Source: a virus. From it: a stretch of 33,977 nucleotides of DNA. The DNA lies in the IMG/VR virus record IMGVR_UViG_3300045988_145460. The stretch is one strand, 5' to 3'. The translations under genes were made by a program, and so were the position numbers. The notes below the pieces were generated by a model that saw only the letters and a program-made list of their open reading frames with translations, searched no databases and was not told the DNA's origin. This document shows, piece after piece, positions 32,927 through 33,977 of this stretch. How positions within the stretch are numbered: position 1 is the stretch's first letter; each line of letters opens with the position of its first letter.

Positions 32927-33721
32927 ATGATTAGATCAAATTCAACTAATCTTAATCGGATAAAAGGTGGAGAAGTAGTTAAACAGGGGGACTTCTCCTC
33001 CACTTTTGAATATGAGCTACTTGACTATAAGTATAATAAAATCGATAATCTAGATGGCCAAAATGCTACAATTAAGCTAGCGAACCAAAAAGGTAAGTTA
33101 GTAATCAATGCAACCGTAGAAAATTCAAAGGTTAATTTTAAGATTGGAAAAATCTTACCTGCCGGTATTTACCTGGTAGAAGTACAATGTGGAGAGTATG
33201 TGTTTCCTAGTGATCAATCTGTAAGATTGGAAGTCACACAATCAACAGAACATTTCAATAACTTAGAAGATATCGAAATGACGCAGCTTGACATCAAAAA
33301 AGCTGTTGAAGACTATCTAAAGCGTATTAATTTTGTTGCCTATGATGACAGCACTATAAAGCGTGAAATTAGAGAATTAAAGGATAAGACACAAGGCCAG
33401 ATTATTGATATTGCCCCTCTTGAAAGCAGAATTGCTAGCCTTGAGAGTAGGACACAAACAGAGACTATAGATCTCGTTCCTTACCTAAAAACAGAAACAG
33501 CCTACACATTGTTTCCAACTTACGCAACCCTTCAAGCACAAATGACCTCTAACATCAAGACAAAGCACCTTGAATTGGGTCTTGACTCGTTAATTGAGAC
33601 TAAATTAAAAAATGGGGATGATCCATATATTACAAACCATCATATTGAAACCTGGTATACAACTAAGGCTGAATTCAACGCTCTGGTATCAAGAGTACAG
33701 GCTTTAGAAAATAAAGAGTAA
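32927..33721 (+). CDS. Post-lysin protein with a BppU_N-like Ig domain and a coiled-coil region
   Basis: AAGGAGG RBS. N-terminal QGDFSSTFEYELLD...LPAGIYLVEVQCGEYVFPSDQSVRLEV resembles a baseplate-upper-protein Ig-like domain. Tandem IAPLESRIASLESR heptads. Confidence 0.6.
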   Translation: MIRSNSTNLNRIKGGEVVKQGDFSSTFEYELLDYKYNKIDNLDGQNATIKLANQKGKLVINATVENSKVNFKIGKILPAGIYLVEVQCGEYVFPSDQSVRLEVTQSTEHFNNLEDIEMTQLDIKKAVEDYLKRINFVAYDDSTIKREIRELKDKTQGQIIDIAPLESRIASLESRTQTETIDLVPYLKTETAYTLFPTYATLQAQMTSNIKTKHLELGLDSLIETKLKNGDDPYITNHHIETWYTTKAEFNALVSRVQALENKE

Positions 33722-33777
33722 TCTACTAAAACTATAAAGTGGTTTGGTATTTCCATTACAATAGACATTTTTTAAAA

Positions 33778-33795
33778 TGTCTGTTATAACAGACA
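33778..33795. repeat. Perfect 18-bp palindrome TGTCTGTTATAACAGACA in the attR-proximal arm
   Basis: Self-complementary by direct reading. Overlaps the hairpin AGACATTT / AAATGTCT (33763-33782). A further TGTCTG lies at 33810-33815. Confidence 0.7.
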
Positions 33796-33821
33796 ACATG
33801 TTATCGTTTTGTCTGAGTAAT

Positions 33822-33842
33822 TGATACCCAAAATGATACCCA
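33822..33842 (+). repeat. Tandem TGATACCCA x2 (12-bp period), putative integrase arm-type sites
   Basis: TGATACCCA at 33822-33830 and 33834-33842. Same sequence, spacing and orientation as 95-115. Confidence 0.55.
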
Positions 33843-33928
33843 GATTTTATAAACATTACATTTTTTTATAACTATTTCATCATGAAAACCTTGAATTAAT
33901 AAGGCTTTTAATCCTATTTCTAAAAATG

Positions 33929-33937
33929 TGGTATAGT
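33929..33937 (+). promoter_or_regulatory. Extended -10 promoter-like element TGgTATAGT facing outward across attR
   Basis: TG-N-TATAGT, with TTAATC 18 nt upstream. The predicted start is about 33944-33946, at the first bases of the att core. Confidence 0.4.
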
Positions 33938-33944
33938 GTTCATT

Positions 33945-33977
33945 AAACAAGTTTCTGTTTACCCAATCGCAAAATAA
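33945..33977 (+). repeat. attR core (33-bp direct repeat)
   Basis: Exact copy of 1-33. Confidence 0.85.

Larger units (their letters stand above)
1..33977. mobile_element. Complete integrated temperate prophage (siphovirus-type, Lactobacillales-like), attL to attR
   Basis: Identical 33-bp direct repeats at both window ends. Canonical modular order: int, lysogeny, switch, replication, late regulator, packaging, head, tail, lysis. Confidence 0.9.

Overview
The window is one complete integrated temperate siphovirus-type prophage, with Lactobacillales-like composition and gene content. It is bounded by a perfect 33-bp direct repeat (attL 1-33, attR 33945-33977). The minus-strand lysogeny module holds a tyrosine integrase, an Abi_2-like abortive-infection gene, an unknown 124-aa gene, a small DUF4177-like gene, an ImmA metalloprotease and a CI-like repressor. 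A genetic switch follows, with three copies of a 17-19 bp operator and a consensus early promoter. The plus strand then carries Cro-like and Xis-like HTH genes, a replication module (DnaB helicase, RepA_N/DnaD-type initiator with an internal 42-bp tandem repeat, DnaC-like loader), early accessory genes (MazG-like, DUF3310, two DUF1642 paralogs, YopX, a frameshifted SSB) and an ArpU-family late regulator. After it come a structured non-coding leader, a second catalytic-core-only tyrosine recombinase, a C-rich repeat region and an HNH endonuclease. The morphogenesis genes are in an unusual order: portal, MuF with a C-terminal extension, a small acidic ORF, a terminator, TerL, scaffold, then capsid. 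Connector and tail genes follow, with a G/GT -1 frameshift, tape measure, Dit and a long Tal with duplicated CBM-like modules. The window ends with two holins, a CHAP-SH3b endolysin and a post-lysin BppU-like gene. The observations most worth follow-up are: (1) the leader at 12628-12800, with a 12-bp perfect inverted repeat, a tRNA-like minihelix and a mutually exclusive terminator, next to the orphan Fim-sized recombinase; (2) the MuF C-terminal Cys/His extension plus the overlapping small acidic ORF, a candidate polymorphic toxin/immunity pair; (3) the Abi_2 plus unknown-gene cargo beside a recombination scar; (4) the SSB split at an A6 tract; (5) packaging-module synteny with no recognisable small terminase. 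All family assignments come from motif recognition by eye, and no database search was run.
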